Below are positions 60,509-64,000 of a stretch of 64,000 nucleotides of DNA, piece by piece. The notes beneath the pieces are model-generated. The model did not search any database. It was given only the letters and a program-made list of their open reading frames with translations, and was not told where the DNA came from. Both the position numbers and the translations under genes were made by a program. The stretch's first letter is position 1, and the number at the start of each line of letters is the position of its first letter. Origin of the DNA: an uncultured delta proteobacterium (lineage in GTDB: Bacteria; Desulfobacterota; BSN033; UBA1163); NCBI GenBank assembly GCA_963827685.1, contig CAWHBU010000007.1, positions 128,001 through 192,000 on the forward strand. The letters run 5' to 3'.

Positions 60509-60808
60509 AGACTCTCTCCATGGGCTTATAGTCTCGATCCAAAGCCGATGCATCATGATGTCCACCCTTTTTCATTATGAATCATCTTTCTCCGCTGTTG
60601 TCTCATTTTCCCCCGCGTTCCGAATTCCGCACTCCACATTCCGAAATCCGCAATTGGAGCGGCCAACTTTTTTATGGATGACCTAAATCCCTTTTAAGAT
60701 TCTTATAATTTTATGGACGCCCCCTCTGATCTCTATCAAGCAAAGTGTATAATGTAGCTTTGACCCCAAAGCCCCGCCACATAGTTTTTCTGACACCGAA
60801 GCTTTTTT

Positions 60809-61522
60809 CTAATATAATCTACCCTGGATATTATCAATCAGCTTATTAAAATAATTTGGCACTTTGGTTTCAAAAGTCATCTGCTCGCCGCTGGTGGGGT
60901 GTTTGAAGGAAATCGATTTGGAATGAAGCGCTAAACGCCTGTACCCATCCTTGGTTTTACCATATTTACGATCGCCTACGATCGGATGTCCCTTATCAGC
61001 CATATGTACACGTATCTGATTCTTCCTGCCGGTCAAAAGATTAATCTCCAGCAGACTAAACTGCTTGGTCTCTTTAAGCACCTTATAAACAGTATGTGCC
61101 AGTTTGCCTTTTGTGACATCAGTTGTGGAATAGACGACATAAGCCTTGTTCTCAGACAGGTATGAGGTAATCATTCCCTCTTTTTGGGCCAACTGACCAT
61201 AAACCACCGCAACATATTTCTTTTCCGTGTCTTTCCACTGAGCCTGCAAATGTAACTTAACTTCTTCGCTTTTTGCAAATATCAGTACGCCGGATGTCCA
61301 CTGGTCCAGCCTATGAACAATGAAAATTCGGTTTCGCGACTTTAGACAGCCTTTGCGTACATAATCGGTTAGAATGTAGTAAGCCGTCTTGAATTTATTA
61401 GTCTCCGTCCCCACTGTCAATAGCCCCGCAGGCTTATCTACCACCAAGATATCTCTATCTTCGTAGAGTATTTCTAACCCTCTTGGCAGATGTTTGCTGG
61501 TCGAATGTTTTTTCTTAAGCAT
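60809..61522 (-). CDS. RluA-family pseudouridine synthase, copy 2
   Basis: 8 of 237 aa differ from copy 1; within an 884-bp repeat (59330-60213 / 60781-61664). Confidence 0.9.
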   Translation of the reverse strand: MLKKKHSTSKHLPRGLEILYEDRDILVVDKPAGLLTVGTETNKFKTAYYILTDYVRKGCLKSRNRIFIVHRLDQWTSGVLIFAKSEEVKLHLQAQWKDTEKKYVAVVYGQLAQKEGMITSYLSENKAYVVYSTTDVTKGKLAHTVYKVLKETKQFSLLEINLLTGRKNQIRVHMADKGHPIVGDRKYGKTKDGYRRLALHSKSISFKHPTSGEQMTFETKVPNYFNKLIDNIQGRLY

Positions 61523-61683
61523 ACTGAGTACTCTTCTATCTTGTGCAAGTTTACTTGTGCAGGTTATAGCCTATTGCCACATTGCTATCGAGTCACAAAG
61601 CATGAGGAGTAATAAAGGGGACGGTTCTATTTATTAAGATTCTTTTGTAATATTGCAAGCCTGATTCCAGATCTTGTTGAGCT

Positions 61684-61930
61684 TTTAGCCCCGTTTCCTT
61701 TTCCTCCATGAGTTGAGAGCAGAGATTGGAGCAGGAAGTAAAAGAACTATAGCCACAAATGGCGCTGCCTACGAAAGGCCTTTGATAAAAGCATTTGCAG
61801 CCATACTTTGAAAAGCAATCGACGGCAATATGAATCTTAGGAACAAAAATGCAATGCCGGACACTAAAACACTTACCCACCAGGGGCATTCAACAAGTAA
61901 ATTGAGTATAGATTCATCTTTTCGCGCCAT
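61684..61930 (-). pseudogene. N-terminal membrane fragment resembling Mrr-like/DUF2034 endonuclease proteins
   Basis: MARKDESILNLLVECPWWVSV..GLS*AAPFVAIVLL..SWRKRK; in-frame TAG, catalytic part absent. Confidence 0.5.
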
Positions 61931-62606
61931 CAACTGCCTCTCAATTTCTAAACATTGAGACGTACACCTAGTTTTTAAGAACTTGACTGAAAAATGGAAG
62001 CACCTAAGAGAATTGTGCTCCCCGGAAAGGGTCACCCCGTTAGAAATTCCAGTCGTTACGACTCCAAACAGAGCGGGGCATTATTTCTAACGGGGTAAAT
62101 ATCTTTTCATATTGTGCGCCCGGCAGCGCACTTGCCGCCCAGTCAGGCGCTTTGCATCTCTTGACTACAAAATTCAGTCAACGACTACTCAACGATTCTA
62201 AGACTCAATGACCCAATGACCGATTTATTCTTGATGCCGTACCCCCTACCCTTTCTGCGCTGCCCTCGCGCAAAATCATCGAGCAGTTTCTTTCTTCAAT
62301 CTGAAATCTGCAAACTGAAATCGCGACTCAGCATAAATTCCGCATTCGGCAATTCGCATTCCGCAATGGAATAGGCCAACTTTTTTGTGGATGACCTAAA
62401 TCCCTTTTAAGATTCTTATAATTTTATGGACGCCCCCTCTGATCTCTATCAAGCAAAGTGTATAATGTAGCTTTGACCCCAAGGTCCCCTCCAATAGCCT
62501 ATTGACTCATCGCCCGAATTACCGGCCAACTTTTTTACGGATGACACCAGAGATCAATTTCTAAAAGCTTAACTTGTTGAATGTTGCGAAGTCCTTTTTG
62601 GTTAGC

Positions 62607-63404
62607 CTATTGGATCTTTTTTACTCTTTCCACTATTTTGGGCAGGATGTCTCCGGTTTTTCCTTGAATGAGATAATCTGAAATTCTTCTAGTCAAAGGA
62701 GTGGGCTCGGCATTTACTTCAACGATGATTGTGCCCGGATTAGCTATCTGTGGTAAACTGGCAAAAGGATAAACGACAGCCGAGGTCCCACAAATTAGCA
62801 TTAAATCGCATTTCCAAGCCTCTCTTTGACTTCCTTCAAGAACGTCACTTGGAATGGGTTCCCCGAAGGAAACGACATCACCTTTGATCACTCCTCCACA
62901 TTGGCAATAAGGAGGAAGCTTCCCCTCCATTCTAATTTTCTCTAAACTGAGTTCATCTTTGCTGAACCTTCTATTACATACGACACACCTTAACTTATTA
63001 ATGCCTCCATGGTACTCAATCGTTTTCTTGCTCCCTGCCTTTTCATGTAATCCATCTATATTTTGGGTAATGACGCATTTTAATATTCCCATTTTCTCGA
63101 GTTCGGCTAAAGCGTCATGTCCAGGATTAGGTTGAAACTTTCCAATCTCCCCAAGAATTGAGAAGAGCCTCGACACAGAGCTCTGAGGGTCCAGTCTTTC
63201 TTCCCAATATCTTGTTGGATTCGCCTTGAATTGCTCATAGACTTCATACGCCTTCATTTCAGCTTCAGGATTTTTGGTCCAAATTCCGTCTGGGCCACGG
63301 AAATCAGGGATTCCCGATTCGGTTGAAATCCCAGCACCGGTTAAAGCTATCCCGTATCTCGCCTTGATTAAATCTTGGGCTGCCCTTTGTATTAAATCTT
63401 CCAT
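62607..63404 (-). CDS. Sir2/CobB NAD-dependent deacylase
   Basis: TGAGISTESGIPDFRG, ITQNIDGLH, HG, CxxC/CxC, GTS..VYP. Confidence 0.92.
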   Translation of the reverse strand: MEDLIQRAAQDLIKARYGIALTGAGISTESGIPDFRGPDGIWTKNPEAEMKAYEVYEQFKANPTRYWEERLDPQSSVSRLFSILGEIGKFQPNPGHDALAELEKMGILKCVITQNIDGLHEKAGSKKTIEYHGGINKLRCVVCNRRFSKDELSLEKIRMEGKLPPYCQCGGVIKGDVVSFGEPIPSDVLEGSQREAWKCDLMLICGTSAVVYPFASLPQIANPGTIIVEVNAEPTPLTRRISDYLIQGKTGDILPKIVERVKKIQ

Positions 63405-63663
63405 CTCCTATCTCCTCATCCAGCAATTTGAGCATATTTGAAAAACTAACTTGTTGAACGTTGCGGCCTGCCCCCGAAGTCTTCGCATTTTTATAGATGA
63501 TACCGGTTTGCGATAGGTCTATTTCTTAAATAACTTAACTACGTCCCCGAGGTCCGTCACTGATCTTTCGCGTCAACAAATAAGTCAACAAAAAAATAAG
63601 GACCCCTGCTATCACTGCGATGAGGGCAATAGTGTTACTTTCTATTTTTTTTCTTGAAGAAAT

Positions 63664-64000
63664 CTAAGGCCGCCATACATTGATAGGCTTCAATGCAGCA
63701 TATAGATCTTCCGTGAAAAGTCTATCCGACTCACTGGCGTCCGCGGCGCCGGATGGGTGATTGTGCGCCATGATCACCATGCTTGCGTTCGCCTGCAACG
63801 CCCGCGCCACAATCAATCGGATCTGTGGCCTGGCTTGGTCAACCGACCCGACAGCAAGCAAAGCGTCTTCAAGTAAAGTCCCGCGCCGATTCAGGAACAA
63901 AGCCCTAAAATGCTCCTCGGGAAGTCCCTGTAATCGTGATTGCAGGTATTCCGCAGCTGCATGTGTATTCTTTAGTGACAGCCGATATCGCACATCTGGG
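63664..64000 (-). CDS. radC: RadC/JAB-domain protein, partial, C-terminus apparently truncated
   Basis: EHFRALFLN, AHNHPSG..S.SD; ends INVWRP* instead of the usual LLDH. Confidence 0.75.
   Translation of the reverse strand, partial: PDVRYRLSLKNTHAAAEYLQSRLQGLPEEHFRALFLNRRGTLLEDALLAVGSVDQARPQIRLIVARALQANASMVIMAHNHPSGAADASESDRLFTEDLYAALKPINVWRP

Noticed and set aside
62607-63404. Sir2 as an anti-phage (Thoeris/DSR-type) effector
   Set aside because: Canonical CobB-type sirtuin with Zn-binding cysteines, ordinary length and no defence partners

Overview
Chromosomal window from an anaerobic Gram-negative bacterium. Gene content and repeat families suggest Desulfobacterota/'Deltaproteobacteria', probably a MAG; this is inference. 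In order: (1) housekeeping genes (gcdA, slp, greA). (2) A salt/osmotic-stress block, ~6.4-15.9 kb: an NhaD/ArsB-type permease and trehalose genes (otsB, DUF5752, treT, sensor-fused otsA). The trehalose genes are bracketed by a duplicated cassette carrying three nhaA-I-like (Li+/Na+) riboswitches, two in tandem, each cassette leading to a 41-codon membrane microprotein ORF. (3) A tungstate/molybdate locus, 16-31 kb: tupABC, a variant second TupA and an HTH_17-PBP (TaoR-like) regulator. These are divergent from an operon with a TonB-dependent receptor, a secreted CxxCH/Moco-domain/tetrapyrrole-methylase fusion, an APC permease, exbBD-tonB and a porin. Three promoters here share 10-bp-phased AT-rich repeats next to TTGACA. 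(4) A partly decayed CoA-dependent catabolic cluster with an HcrA-like Mo-hydroxylase. (5) A mosaic right end (TA genes, amt-glnK, IS1182, rnd, duplicated rluA, sir2, radC) punctuated by ~10 copies of a ~24-bp site and several MITE families. No rRNA, tRNA or CRISPR array was seen. All family calls come from motif recognition by eye, not database searches.
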